From positions 22,072,001-22,136,000 of the forward strand of contig NC_043022.1 in the NCBI RefSeq assembly GCF_006345805.1: a stretch of 64,000 nt of DNA, in the 5' to 3' direction. Positions 37,091 through 50,949 of the stretch are shown in pieces. Made by a program: the position numbers and the translations under genes. This stretch comes from Octopus sinensis. Lineage: Eukaryota. The number at the start of each line of letters is the position of its first letter. Position 1 is the stretch's first letter. Under the pieces are notes generated by a model. The model did not search any database, had not been told where the DNA came from, and saw only the letters and a program-made list of their open reading frames with translations.

Positions 37091-37496
37091 CAATATATAT
37101 ATATATAAATAGGGTTGTTTTAGTTTCTGTATATGAAATAAAATTACAAAGCTTTAGGGCTACAGTAAAAGACCCCTAAGTTGTCACGCAGTGGAACTGA
37201 ACCCTAAACTATGTAGTTGGAAAGCAAACTGCTTAACCACACAGCCATAACTGCACCTACATATATCATAACACACACACTCCATAAAGATGCAAACAAA
37301 CATACACACACCTCTTGGACATACAAACATACATGCAGGTACAGATTCATATACCAATGGACAAAAGAACATAAATCCACATATGTACTGACAGATACAC
37401 ACACAACATGGATGCAGATACCTAAGCCCACACATACATGAAAACTGTACTTCCCATAGATATACACATACACACACACAGTTGTGATATATATAT

Positions 37497-37793
37497 CACC
37501 GTGACCGACCAGGCTATCAGATGTTGCTACACATCACTGGTCACAATGAGCTTCGCATTGTTTTAGCCTTCAAATGACGCCGCCCCACTGATTAAGCGAA
37601 CAGGCCTACAGAAGAAAGAGTGAAAGTTGTGGCAAAAGAGTACAGCAGGGATCACCACCATCCCCTGCCAGAGCCTCGTGGAGCTTGAGGTGCTTTTGCT
37701 CAATAAACACTCACAACGCCTGGTCTGGGAATCGAAACCGCTATCCTATGACCACGAATCCACTGCCCTAACCACTGGGCCATTGCACCTCCA
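37497..37793 (-). mobile_element. tRNA-derived SINE family C (OR-like)
   Basis: Reverse copy of 63197-63490. Confidence 0.8.
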
Positions 37794-37802
37794 CCATATA
37801 TA

Positions 37803-37833
<31 letters not shown>

Positions 37834-39092
37834 AAATGAGTGTGTAACTGTGTATCAACTAAGTATTCCAGTTATGTGATGTGGACAACATATCAAATAA
37901 CAGTAGGTGTGGTAGAGGTGTGTTTTTATCTACATATCTGCATTTGTACTGTGTGTAAAATATTCCAGTTATGTGGTGTGGACAGCATATCAAATAACAT
38001 CTGGATAGGTGAGATGTCGTGGCCTAGTGGTATGTTTATTTGTGTGGACGTGTGTGACACAGGTGTAGAGTGATGTACACATGTATGCTCATATGCGTGT
38101 ATATAGTTTGTGTAAGTGTATACAGAGTGTGCATATAGGTAGGTCTGTGTGTGTGATGTCCATAGGTGTCTGTCTATGTGAGTTTGTGACAGTATGTATG
38201 TTCATGGGTTTGTGTCAGAGCAGGATGGAAATTTCAACAATGCTGTTGCCGAAATTCTGCAATGCACTGTTAAACCAACCTAGCTTAAAAATGCAAGTGA
38301 TATCATTTGCTGTGAAGAAATATCTCCGCTTTTGCCTCTCCTGTATCTCACCTAATAATGAAGGAAGATGCTAGAAACAGCACCCAAATCTCACTTGTGT
38401 TACACCCTAACATCTTGGAAAAATGGAAGGACACATTGGATTATGTGGTTCTAGTATATGCCGTCTGAATATGAAAGATGGTAAGGTATACCTTTGACCA
38501 TAGGTTTGCTGGATCTCAGGTAATCTGGGGCTAAGCAGCAGTAATAGTATCACCATTATGTAAGAACAGACAGACATGCATATGCAGTACACATAGAGAC
38601 ACACAAACTCTTCATTGTTGCTGTCATTTATACAAAACAATAAAGAATAGTAAAGTGTGTGTAAACATGTTAACATACGTATGTGTGTATAGATAAATGA
38701 CATGTATTGCGTTGTCTGGAAAGTTCGTGCCGATTTATAGTATGCTTGCACATGCACACATACAGTTATTTGTACGTGTGTGTGTGGTATAAGTACCAGA
38801 CTTTTATGCATAAACATCACACAATCTACCCTTCACTCAGAAAGAGAATCCCTTTGTTATCACCAGAGACAACAATTTCCTGAACTTTTCCTACCTTGTT
38901 CTTATTCTGGTTATTATGCTGTCAGGAGTACTCTCCTCAACTTCTGATTTAGTCATCAAGCTAACAGAAACTATCATCTTCAAAATGGCATCTCATCTCA
39001 TCTCAGCTAATTTTCTTTCTAATCAGTCATGCTGAAACCCCTTAGCACAGATTGAAATTGCAAGTTTTAACAATTAGTAAGCCACTCTACCT

Positions 39093-39500
39093 AGTGGAGG
39101 CACATGGCCTAGTGGTTAGAGCAGCAGACTCGCAGTCGAGGGATCGCGGGTTCGAATCTCAGACCGGGTGATGTGTATGTTTATGAGCGAAACACCTAAG
39201 CTCCACGCGGTTCCTGCAGAAGGTAATGGTGAACTTCTGCTGACTCTTTCGCCACAACTTTCTCTCACTCTTTCCTCCAACATCTTGCAGCTCACCTTCG
39301 ACGGACCAGCGTCCTGTCCAGGTGGGGAACCTGTACGCCAAGAAACCGGGAAACTGGCCCTTATGAGCCAGGCATGGCTCGAGAAGGAACAAACAACAAA
39401 CTCTACCGAGCATTTGTTGATTTGGAGAAGGCCTTTGACAAGGTAACATATTCTGTAGTCTGGTGGTCGTTAAGAAAACTAGGTACAGATGAATGGTTTC
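39093..39500 (+). mobile_element. SINE family C followed by a short RTE reverse-transcriptase fragment
   Basis: tRNA-like head; LYRAFVDLEKAFDKV...WWSLRKLG motif at about 39385-39490. Confidence 0.7.
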
Positions 39501-39879
39501 TGAGAATTTCGGCAAACTTCTTGTTTTCATTTTACCTCTGCGCTAAGCAAACCCTTTATCTATCTTTACTTCTAACAACTTGATACTGTTCTGTACTGCT
39601 CCTTACTTCTCAGCTTTCTAAGAACAATTTTTAATTTTATGGTTTTATCTTTTTCACTATTCCACCACTATGTCACCTTCCCTTTAGCTAGAATCTTGCT
39701 CCATCCAGACATCTGGTCCGTGGCTTCCAGAAGGTTCTTGTATAGAAATTTCTAGTTATCTCCTGATGTAAGTCTCTGTAAACATGCATGTCTGTAGATA
39801 CATATGAGTGTAGATATATATATATTTTTATATATATATATATATATTAGAAGGTTTGGAGATGATGTACAGGTATTAT

Positions 39880-40268
39880 ATATTAGAAGAAATGAGGTAC
39901 TCAGAAATCTGGATGGTTTTATATTTACAGATATTTATTAGTATGTTACATGTTTTTATAAATCATATATCAGCGCTTTCGTTCACTCTAGTGGCGTTTT
40001 CAAATTGAACTTTTGCAGGAATTTTGTCTCTTTGAGATACTTGTATTATTGAATGTGTAGGGGTGGGGAGAGATAAGATTGTACAAGAGGGTGAGGAATG
40101 GGGAGAAAATGAGACAAAATTCCTGAAAAAGTTCAATTTGAAAACTCTACAAGAGTGGATGAAGGCGCTAATATATGATATATGATTTATAAAAACATGT
40201 AATATACTAATATCTGTATATATAAATCCAACCAGATTTCTGTGTATCTTATTTCTTCTAATATATAT
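39880..40268. mobile_element. MITE with ~100-bp TIRs in TA context
   Basis: TATATATTAGAAGAAAT.AG...TACATGTTTTTATAAATCATATATCA inverted at both ends. Confidence 0.65.
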
Positions 40269-40512
40269 ATATATCATCATAATCATCCGTTTCCCATGCT
40301 AGCATGGGTTGGACGGTTCAACCGGGGTTTGATAAACCATGGAGGCTGCACTAGGCTCTAGTCTGATTTGGCAGTGTTTCAACAGCTGGATGCCCTTCCT
40401 AACGCCAACCACTCCGTGAGTGTAGTGGGAGCTTTTATGTGCCACCGGCATAGGGGTCAGAGGAGGCTGGCAAACGGCCACGATCAGTTGGTGCTTATAT
40501 ATATATGGTGAG

Positions 40513-40625
40513 AAGTAAACAACAAACAGATGTATTAGTTTAACGCTTGGGAAGTAAGAAAGTCTTTTACATTCGAGCCTACACTCTTCGACAGAAAGGA
40601 ACACAGAAATAAACAGGGAGAGAAA
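40513..40625 (-). repeat. Second copy of hammerhead-like dispersed repeat
   Basis: Aligns with 10765-10900. Confidence 0.55.
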
Positions 40626-40676
40626 ATATATGCATGCATGTATGTTTGGACAAACTGTGCAAAATTGCTGACTTAC

Positions 40677-40853
40677 CTTTTCTGAATAAATGGACAATGG
40701 TACCATGGGATTGACTACAATCATAGTGGGTCCTGAATAACTGTGAACAAGGGTGCTTCCATACCGTTGTCGGATAACATGAAGAAGGCTGGATTCATTG
40801 AGGTAACGAAGCATTGTTAAATCTTCTGTCTTGTCAAACTGTGGAGGATTTGA
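40677..40853 (-). CDS. MYO18A: Myosin-18 exon 2 (SNPPQFDKTEDLTMLRYLNESSLLHVIRQRYG...SIYSEK)
   Basis: ccttcag acceptor, AAG|GTAAGT donor, 177 nt, phase 0-0. Confidence 0.95.
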
Positions 40854-40885
40854 CTGAAGGAAAAACAAAGATTTGACATTAGTCA

Positions 40886-41200
40886 TTGAGAAAGATCAAA
40901 TTATGGAAAAACTGCAGATTTAGGGAGTCAAACTGCGCTGGATTAAAATGGGGGACACACAGAAATTACGCATTAATCCATGACAGAAGGATTAACTATA
41001 GAAACTGCAGAATTAGATACATTTCACTGTCAAGGAAAATGGGTGAGAGAAAAAACCCAGCGTCTACTTACTCCCTCCACAACACTAATCTCAAAAAGTC
41101 TTCTTGTGAACGTGACCTGGGCGTTATTGTCAACAGCGATTTGCATTGGACAAAATGCATTGCTAAAATTACCAAGAAGGCTGGTAAATGTCTTCTACAA
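40886..41200 (+). mobile_element. CR1-type LINE ORF2 fragment
   Basis: CERDLGVIVNSDLHWTKCIAKITKKA motif. Confidence 0.75.
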
Positions 41201-41413
41201 AAATGAACACCAAACAAACGCACAATGTGCAATGCTTTTTCTATATGAACAGTGATGTTCCACTTGTCCTGCAGCCTTTTCAAGTGCCATCGCAGTCAAA
41301 TGGATTCCGTAAAGCTATTCTTCTCTATGATATACCCATTTATCTAGCTTCTTGGCTGAGAAACAGTAAAATTAATTAGCTGATCAAAGACGGGTATTAC
41401 TGCTAGCATATAT

Positions 41414-41459
<46 letters not shown>

Positions 41460-42124
41460 AAAGTAAGATAGGGGTTATGAAAGTAACCCACTATGGGATA
41501 TCAGTTATCCAATATACTGCTGGTAAGGTACCCAAATACTAAATACATAAATGCTTATAATTGCAATGCAATTAATTCATTTATTGTATTGAAGGTAAAA
41601 TATTTTACCTCAAATTCATAATACAAATAAGAAAATGGAGGAACAAATTCATTTCGATCATCAACTTACGGATATTATAATGAGAAGATATTTAAGTCCT
41701 TGATAGAGACCAAGGTAAATTGAACAACATGTATAACAGTTGAACATTTTTGATTTTACAAATTTTCCATTTCTAAAATATAATCTGGTTTCGTCTAACC
41801 AACTGGTCTCTGTCATACCAAGATCTAAATCTTGACCACATTTGAAAGGGTTGCACTAGTATGACATTAGCTACAATGGCTAAAACAAGCTCAAGGATGA
41901 AGCCTCTTTTGGATATTTTTAAACAACTGGTCCCCCATCCTGCAGCCCCTAACAGTAGATATGTTGCTCCTTTCTCTCTCAAATTAGCTCTTATAAAGTT
42001 AATGTTAGTTTTACATTAGAATCTTATCTGTTAATTAATTATTTGAAGTTTTCTACTGTCATACCGCAACTGATCTTTAAAAAAGTTTCTAATATCAATG
42101 ATGTAATAAAAACAATTTTTTTAC

Positions 42125-42322
42125 CTTCTCGATGTCTTCTTCATCCACTTCAATAACCTCTCCACCATGATCCATTTTGACCTTGACTTTTCCATCAGGG
42201 AGGGGTGACATACCATTAGTTTTTAAAAGTGTGGCACCAGAAAATCCACCCTTATGGATCAGCCATATCTTATCCGACTCCAACCAAGCTTTCTCAGTTT
42301 TAACATCTTCTTCAGATTTTGT
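42125..42322 (-). CDS. MYO18A: Myosin-18 exon 1 in window (TKSEEDVKTEKAWLESDKIWLIHKGGFS...EEDIEK), SH3-like region
   Basis: tttcag acceptor, AAG|GTAAAA donor, 198 nt, phase 0-0. Confidence 0.93.
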
Positions 42323-43352
42323 CTGAAATTCAATTTGAAAATATTAAGATTATACAATATTTTTATGCAAAGAAAAGGTGTTAATTTTATTTTTTTCTCT
42401 GTGTGTGTGTATGTGTGTGCAAAGTCATTTTCAGTATTAAATACACAGTAAATTATTTAAAAAAATTTTAATCTTATAAACACAAAATATTCTTTTAGAT
42501 GAGTTGTTATTAATAAAATCTCGCATTTTCCAGACTTTTAGCCTCAACTTTAGGCTGTTTATAATATTTCATCTCAAATCATCGTGAGGTATCTTATTCC
42601 TGAATGTGTATTGTCCTAGATGAGATTCAAGCCAGGAACCTTTATTTCTAAATGGAGGGAACTATGTCTCCTTATCAACTATTGTATGCACCTGTATCCT
42701 GATGGTTAACATTGTCATTAAGGATAAAGATTCCAAATCCTGAATCTGTTCTGGGACTGAGTATATATTCAAGAATAAGACACCTAGTGACAGAAAATCA
42801 AAGTAATTGAAATATTGGATAGGTGTAAAAAAAAAATATTTTAAATATTTTCACATCATACTGTGATATACACTGTAGATGTTGCACACACCCTAAATGT
42901 TGTGAATACACATACAAATTGTAAATAAACACTCTAGACATATGTTGTAAATACTGTATATATGTGTGTACGTGTGTGCATGCATGCGCGCACACACATA
43001 CACACACACACATATGTACATGCAATATTCTATGTATACACTGTCAGGGTTATATTAATAGCAAAGAAAATAATAATCGAATAAGGCGGCAAGCTGGCAG
43101 AAATGTTAGCGCGCCAGGTGAAATGCTTAGCGGTATTTCGTCTGCCGCTACGTTCTGAGTTCAAATTCTGCCGAGGTCGACTTTGCCTTTCATCCTTTCG
43201 GGGTCGATAAATTAAGTACCAGTTCCACACTGGCGTCGACATAATCAATTTAATCCATTTGTCTGTCCTTGTTTGTCCCCCCTGTGTGTAGCCCCTTGTG
43301 GGGAGTAAAGAAATAAGAAAATAATAATCAAACCATTCTACTTTCAATATTT

Positions 43353-43746
43353 ACTCTTTTACTCTTTTACTTGTTTCAGTCATTTGACTGCGACCATGCT
43401 GGAGCACCGCCTTTAGTCAAGCAAATCGACCCCGGGGCTTATTCTTTGTAAGCCCAGTACTTATTCTATCGGTCTCTTTTGCCGAACCGCTAAGTGACAG
43501 GGACGTAAACACACCAGCATCGGTTGTCAAGCAATGCTAGGGGGACACACACAAACACACATATATATATATACATATATACGACAGGCTTCTTTCAGTT
43601 TCCATCTACCAAATCCACTCACAAGGCATTGGTCGGCCCAGGGCTATAGCAGAAGACACTTGCCCAAGATGCCACGCAGTGGGACTGAACGCAGAACCAT
43701 GTGGTTGGTTAGCAAGCTACTTACCACACAGCCACTCCTGCGCCTT
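43353..43746 (-). mobile_element. SINE family A
   Basis: Family match; further copies at 47880-48265, 50692-51117, 54258-54405 and 59648-59915. Confidence 0.85.
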
Positions 43747-43929
43747 TATTTAGTGAACAAAAATAAAGAAATTCTAAATTTTAAAAAGATTCATAGAGAA
43801 CCATTTGTCACTGGTCACATAATGAATGTAACCTAGCAAAAAGAACCACAGTCATTGGTTAACCGATGTATATAAACTCGTCACATAATCAACATGAGTA
43901 ATTTGTTGGTGTCAAGGTCAGTTTTCAGA

Positions 43930-44262
43930 ATTGCAAACAACTTGGGACACAAAACTCTGCTTGCGAAGACCTGTTGAGGGAATTGAAATCGAAATCGCTC
44001 AAAAGTCAATGGAAATTGTAGTTGTGATACCAGTGGCGGTGGCACGTAAAAGAACCATCCGAATGTGGCCGTTGCTAGCCTTGCCTGGCACATAAGAAGT
44101 ACCCACTACATTCACAGTGTGGTTGGCGTTAGGAAGGGCATCCAGCTGTAGAAACACTGCCAGATCAGACTGGGCCTGGTGCAGCCTCCTGGCTTCCCAG
44201 ACCCCAGTTGAACCGTCCAACCCATGCTAGCGGACATTAAACGATGATGATGATGATGATGG
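43930..44262 (+). mobile_element. RTE-type LINE 3' UTR, (GAT)n tail
   Basis: Family match. Confidence 0.8.
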
Positions 44263-44567
44263 CCAGATGGCATCCTCATAAGCAAAGCAATATTGAACAC
44301 CAACTCAGTTTTGAAAAACTGTCTTATTCACTAGATATCCAATAAAATGGGACCACAACACAATAGAGGGAATATGCACATGTGCATTTGATCTACTAGA
44401 TATAGAATGTAAATTTCCTCAAATTACACCATATTGACTAAAATAAATAAATATACAAATAACACAAATGGCCAGAGATGGAATGCTTCTGATTATAAGT
44501 CTACTTTCAAGATCAGTCTATTTCTGATTTTTGTACATTGATCCATGGTCTACATGAATGTTATATA

Positions 44568-44918
44568 TCTCTCTCTATATATAAACGGCAAAATGTTTGC
44601 GTGTGTGTCCTTTATACAAATCCACAATTTTTCAGTTAGAGGGCTCGCATTTTCTGTGGTCATTGAAAACTATCCAAGGGTGGTCGTGCACATCTTTTAC
44701 ATTTCCCCAGTCACCCCACAAACCATTAAAAAATCAATAGAAGTGACTTTTTGTGAATTTTCTATCCAAAACCCAATCAAAATGCCCGAAACTTGATACG
44801 CCAATTGAAAGCTTGCTAGCTGTATGTGATTGGTCGGAGATTTGGACAGTACTCGCGTGTATGTGCGCACGCACGCAGCTGTATATGCATGCACTAGCAC
44901 TATGACCCGGCAACCTAG
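44568..44918 (+). mobile_element. Non-autonomous Helitron H1 with shortened 3' hairpin
   Basis: TC start, CTAG|T end; highly similar to 29194-29558. Confidence 0.85.
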
Positions 44919-46050
44919 TCTTGCATATAAAAATATACTCCTTATGTATGTAAAATTTTAACAAAAGACTACCTAAAAGCCATCAACAGTTCGAAAGTCC
45001 ACAAATAGTTTAAATTTGAAAAACTTTTAGAAAAGGCCAAAAGCTCATAAGGAATATCTCAGTAACCCAATTCCAGCATACTCAATCAAAGGTCAAACAG
45101 AAACTAAACAACATTAATATCAAAAATAATGATTTTTGTCTGTAAGTTACTCCAATATCCTTTATAAAACTGAACTGATTGAGCAAGTAGTGATAGCTGT
45201 CGTGTAGCATTTTAAAACCTAGACATTTATAGGAAAATCTCTATCTTCACCAAATCGTGAAAATGGTGGAGCAAAAGAATGTGAGTGGAAAAGCCAGATA
45301 ACCTGAATAAATGAGATTAACAAGCAATGTCTGATAGAAGCAAATTTTACTGGAATTAAGGTGAATCCTGCTATATCTCTTAGCTAGATATTTTCTCTTA
45401 TCTGTTAACATCACAAGAATGAATAAGCAACAAAAGATATTAGAGATACTGCGTGGCAGGGAGAAATCTTTCAGTGTTTTATTTAATTTAAATATTTCAA
45501 AATATTTCTCATGTATCAAATTATCTCGCAAAGCACAAACGACTTAACAACCATCGTTACCACACCACCACAACTTGATAATTTAGAATATGGAAGGAAT
45601 AGATAATATAGTCCTAGATACACTATGCCTGAATAGGAGATGGGCTGGTGACTTGGATCAAAGATTTATATCTTTGATCAGAGGCCAACACTATTATGAT
45701 TGACATGGGGTTAAATCAACATCAACAACACAGAAGGATCCATTCGATAATGTTGTCCACTCATAGCTGTGTTGCTGGTTCAGAACTATCCCTGGGTTAA
45801 GTAACTACAACAGAGAATGAAAGGAACATTAAATAATATGGTTCTAGATACATTGTCTGAATAAAAGATGAGTGGTCATGGCTGGATCAAGACTGTCCTT
45901 GGGCTAAACAACAACAACTAATAATAAATGACAAAATCTCAAGGTGAACAAAAATGTCATCAATATATAGAACAAAGGATGTCTGTGCGTGTGTGTCTGT
46001 AGTACATATGCATTTCTACAGTTTTCAACCAATTTTCAAACTTTACACAT

Positions 46051-46737
46051 ATCATCATCATCGTTTAGCGTCCGCTTTCCATGCTGGCATGGGTTGGACG
46101 ATTCAACCGGGGTCTGGAAAGCCAGAAGGCTGCACCAGGCCCAGTCTGATCTGGCAGTGTTTCTACAGTTGGATGCCCTTCCTAATGCCAACCACTCCAT
46201 GAGTGTAGTGGGTGCTTTTTACGTGCCACAGGCACAGGTGCCAGGGGAGGCTGGCAACGGCCACAATCGGATAGTGCTTTTTACATGCCACAGGCACAGA
46301 GGCCACTCGGGGCAGCGCTGACAATGGCCACGTTCGGATGGCTCTCTTATGTGCCACCGGCACTGGTACAATTTCCATTGATGTTGATCGATTTCAATTT
46401 TGATTTTCACTTGCCTCAACAGGTCTTCACAAGTAGAGTTTTGTGTCCCAAGAAGGAAAGGTATGCATAAGTGGACTGGCTACATCCCATGTAGAAGGCC
46501 ACGGGTTATGGTCTCACTTGTCCTGCCAGGTCTTCTCACGCACAGCATACTTCCAAAGGTCTCGGTCTCTAGTCATTTCCTCGGTGAGACCTAAAGTTCG
46601 AAGGTCGTGCTTCACCACCTCGTCCCAGGTTTTCCTGGGTCTACCTCTTCCACAGTTTCCCTCAACCACTAGGGTGTGGCACTTTTTCACACAACTATCT
46701 TCATCCATTCTCGCCACATGACCATACCAGCGCAAAC
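46051..46737 (-). mobile_element. 5'-truncated RTE-clade LINE: ORF2 C-terminus plus long 3' UTR and (GAT)n tail
   Basis: RWYGHVARMDEDSCVKKC...GRGRPRKTWDEVVKHDL* linked to the abundant 3' UTR, showing those repeats are LINE ends. Confidence 0.9.
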
Positions 46738-48084
46738 GTATGTGAGTATATTACTTACATGCCAAGGATGGTCATGCACCTTAACATTTTGCCCAGAATT
46801 CCCATGTAAAACAAAAAACCCAGGAAAAAATGTTTTTTTACATGGCTTTTTCTCTAAAAGCTTCTGCAATTTTCAACCAATTCTCTCCCTTCTCTCTCTT
46901 TTCCTCATTCTGTTTCTTTTGCTTACACATATTCTTTCTTTTATACTATGTCTGTTTCTTTCACTATCTCTCTCTCTTTAATTCACTCACACACAAATTT
47001 CTGTCTACAAATTTACTTCCGTGTATTTCAATTAGTCATGCATAAAAATCTCTGTTGCTATGGTTTTTGTACATTCTTCCTGAAAAATAATTTAGTTATT
47101 TTACATTTCTGTTCACCCAGTGTGATTAAATTAAGTTTTGCCACATCTACCTAAAAACTAACTTCAGTCTATTTCAATTTTGTCGTGCATAAATAACTAT
47201 TTCTTTACTACCCACAAGGGGCTAAACACAGAAGGGACAAACAAGGACAGACAAACGGATTAAGTCGATTATATCGACTCCAGTGCGTGACTGGTACTTA
47301 ATTTATCGACCCCGAAAGGATGAAAGGCAAAGTCAACCTTCATGGAATTTGAACTCAGAACATAGCGGCAGACGAAATACTGCTAAGCATTTCATCCAGC
47401 GTGCTAACGGTTCTGCCAGCTCGCCGCCTTTCAAATATCTTTGCCTTTACAGTATATGTACATTGTCTCAAAAACATGCCAACCACTCCGTGAGTGCCAC
47501 CGGCACAGGTGCCAGACGAGGCTGGCAAACAGCCACGATCGGATGGTGCTTTTTACATGCCACCGGCACAGGGGCCAGGGGAGGCTGGCAACGGCCATGT
47601 TCGGATGGTTCTCTTACGTTCCACCGGCACTGGTATCACAGCTGCAATTTCCATTGATGTTGATCGATTTTGATTTTGGATGCTTAAATTCAGTTTTGGC
47701 ACATATGCCTAAAAATTGACTTCAGTGTATTTCAGTGTTGTTGTGTGTAAATATCTTTGTCTTCATGGTATTTGTACGTTCTCCCAACAAAGGATGTCTG
47801 TGTGTCTTCATACCAAGGATACCCATTATTCCATTGGGAGTGGAAATTCCCTTTACTTTCAGGCAGTTGCAATTTCCTCTCTTTTTACTCTTTTACTTGT
47901 TTCAGTCATTTGACTGTGGCCATGCTGAAGCACCGCCTTTAGTCGAGCATATCGATCCCAGGACTTATTCTTTGTAAGCCTAGTACTTATTCTATCAGTC
48001 TCTTTTGCCGAACTGCTAAGTTACAGGGATGTAAACACACCAGCATCAGTTGTCAAGTGATGTTGGGTGGACAAACACAGACAT

Positions 48085-48115
<31 letters not shown>

Positions 48116-48621
48116 ACGGGCTTCTTTCAGTTTCCATGTACCAGATCCACTCACAAGGCTTTGGTCGGTCCAAGGCTATAGCAGAAGACACTTGCCCAAG
48201 GTGCCACACAGTGGGACTGAACCCGGAACCATGTGGTTGGTAAGCAAGCTACTTACAACACAGCCCCATGTAAGTTTTGAAATGTCGATTAACAAATCGC
48301 AGGGGCAAATACTCTGGAGAAGGACTTCAACTGGAGGAGTCGTGTTTCTAACATGAGAAATTGTATGTTGGCTGCCCCAGAGTGGGGACCAAAAACAATC
48401 TATTTGCATTTTCCTCACAAGGTAAAACAAAAAATATTGTCTACAGAGAGTTTCGGTAGGCTTTCTATGTACCTACCTCTGGGCATCTTTCAGACTACTT
48501 GCTGCAACAAGCTCACAATTTGTGTAAATGCCAAAAGGAAGTGGTTACGAAGAAAGACTAGTTAAGATGCTGATGAGAGTCCACAGGATCCACCCCAGTC
48601 AATAGGAGGGTTTCCAGGATC

Positions 48622-48961
48622 TGAAAACCTTTGATGACTAGGTATGTGGAACATAACGGGAGGCCTGCTTCAAGCATGGGTCATTAGAAGATGGGGTACA
48701 GTGGGATGCAACACTGGTAGAGGCTGCTGCATCAAAGTCCCAGTCTTGGGAGAGTTTACACGGTCCTTCACAGTCAACAGGAGTGTTTCTACCTCAGTCT
48801 TTTACTGCACGGGGCCCGAGGACCATGTTTCCACGAGTTGAAAACCTTTGATGGTGAGATAAGTGGAACATACCGGGAGGCCTGCTTCAAGAGAGTGGGT
48901 TGCTAGAAGATGGGGGCACAGTGTCATGCAACACTGGCAAAGGATGCTGTACCAAAGTCCC
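48622..48961. repeat. Imperfect direct duplication, ~120-bp homologous blocks, period about 218 bp
   Basis: TGAAAACCTTTGATG...GGAGGCCTGCTTCAAG...GCAACACTGG...CAAAGTCCC occurs twice. Confidence 0.85.
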
Positions 48962-50908
48962 CAAAAGTCTCAGGGCATTGTTTGCAGTGACATTGCAAAC
49001 ATGTATGTTATGTGACCCCAGTTCTTTGTAGTTCAAGTACAGGGATGAGGAAAAGGAGAGGACGTCTTCATACCAAGGATTCCCCTTATTTGACTTTATT
49101 GTATATTTTAGAGATTTTAAATTTCAATATTCTTTCATTTTTATATGTATTTTCATAATTTTCAAGTCATTATACACCCATATATTTCAAATTTTCTCAG
49201 AAAAACAGATATTTTTACTCTTTTTTTGTGGTTGTGACATACTTCAAAAATATTTTGTATGTTTCTTTGAATGTTGGTATGTTTTGGCATGGAATACTAT
49301 ATGTTTTTCAAAAAAAGCTTCAGCAGTGCTGGTCATTAGACTAGAAAATAAGTGTTCTTAGAATGATGAAGTGTTCACACGCCATGCAACACCGGGTACC
49401 TCTGCTAGTAGCAAATAAAAAAGTGAAAAAACAAGAGCTGAATATAACATTTATTAAGAGGAGATAAACATGTTCAGTCAGAAAACAAAGTTTTATTCTT
49501 TATTCTAACAAAAACCCAGTAGACCCACTTCTACGATAATCATGTACTTTAGCTCTTAGTTTAATAATTCATATGATAAAGTCAAGCAGATATAAATCAT
49601 GTTTATTGTTTAATTGATGGCAATAGCAGTGGTAAGAAAACTATGGGGATGAAAGCAGATGGAGTGGGTGGGACGACTGACTTTTTCTAGATGTTAATCA
49701 AGTACCACAGCAACAAATTGTAGTAATCTATGTAATCTACAACCTATTTAACTGTCTAGCAAGGAGAAGGCCGGCCTCCAGTGTGATGTAAAATAATAAT
49801 TAAACACTTTTGGTTAATAACTGGAAAGCTATAAAACATGTCAATAACTGAGATTCATCAATCAGCTACAAAGCTTTTGATGTAAAGATAAACAACCTGT
49901 TTGATAATAAAGAGAGGACAATTTATTCTTAAATACTCTGTCTTCAAAATAGGGACCACACCAACCAGTGAAAGAGACCCTTATGTAGCAGTTTACCTCC
50001 CTTAAACTCCCTGCTACTAGCTTTAAAATAGAGACTACATTAACAAGTTCCCAACTGCTGGTTTTAAGACAGGGACCACAACTAATGAGGAAGTCCCTAT
50101 ATTTCACTATATCTGTTCAATATACTACTAGCTAAGCGTTACTAAAAAACCTGCCCAATATTTTTTCAAGGAGCCAGTTGATATACTCTTGTAACATTCA
50201 ACTATCCCTCAATATGCTCCCTATTATCATTAGAATAGGGGCAAGCTGGACCAGAGAGATTCAAATTAATCGCTTGCTCCATTGAGTCATATCTCTCAAG
50301 GAATTCTTCTTTGTTCATTGCAAATAGGGACCACCTAAGTCAATCATGTTGATGCCATACTTGACGGATATTTTATTGATCCTGATAGGATGAAAAACAA
50401 AGCTGCCCTGGGAGGAATTCAAACTCAGAACACAGAGCTAGAAGAAATGCCACAAAACATTTTGTCTGAGGTGCTAACAATTCTGACATAATAATAATTA
50501 TTTCTGACATAGGTACAAGGCTTGAAATTGATATATTTATATAACATACTTCACTGGTTCTTTATTTTAATCCTTGAAGGATAAAAGGCGAAGCTGACCT
50601 CAGTAGGATTTGAACTCAGAACATAAGGCCTTTATTTGACACACGAACAATCCTGCCAATTCACCATTGTGTGCATGTGTATCTTTTCTTTTTTCTTTTA
50701 CTTGTTTCAGTCATTTGACTGTGACCATGCTGGAGCACCGCCTTTAGTCGAGCAAATCAACCCTGGGACTTATTCTTTGTAAGCCCAGTACTTATTCTAT
50801 CGGTTTCTTTTGCCAAACCGCTAAGTGACGGGGACGTAAGCACACCAGCATCGGTTGTCAAGCAATGCTAGAGGGCCAAACACAGACACACAAACATATA
50901 CACACACA

Positions 50909-50949
<41 letters not shown>

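Noticed and set aside
49947-50337. Three AGGGACCAC motifs suggesting a spaced repeat array
   Set aside because: Irregular spacing (about 120 and 256 bp) and too short to distinguish from chance.
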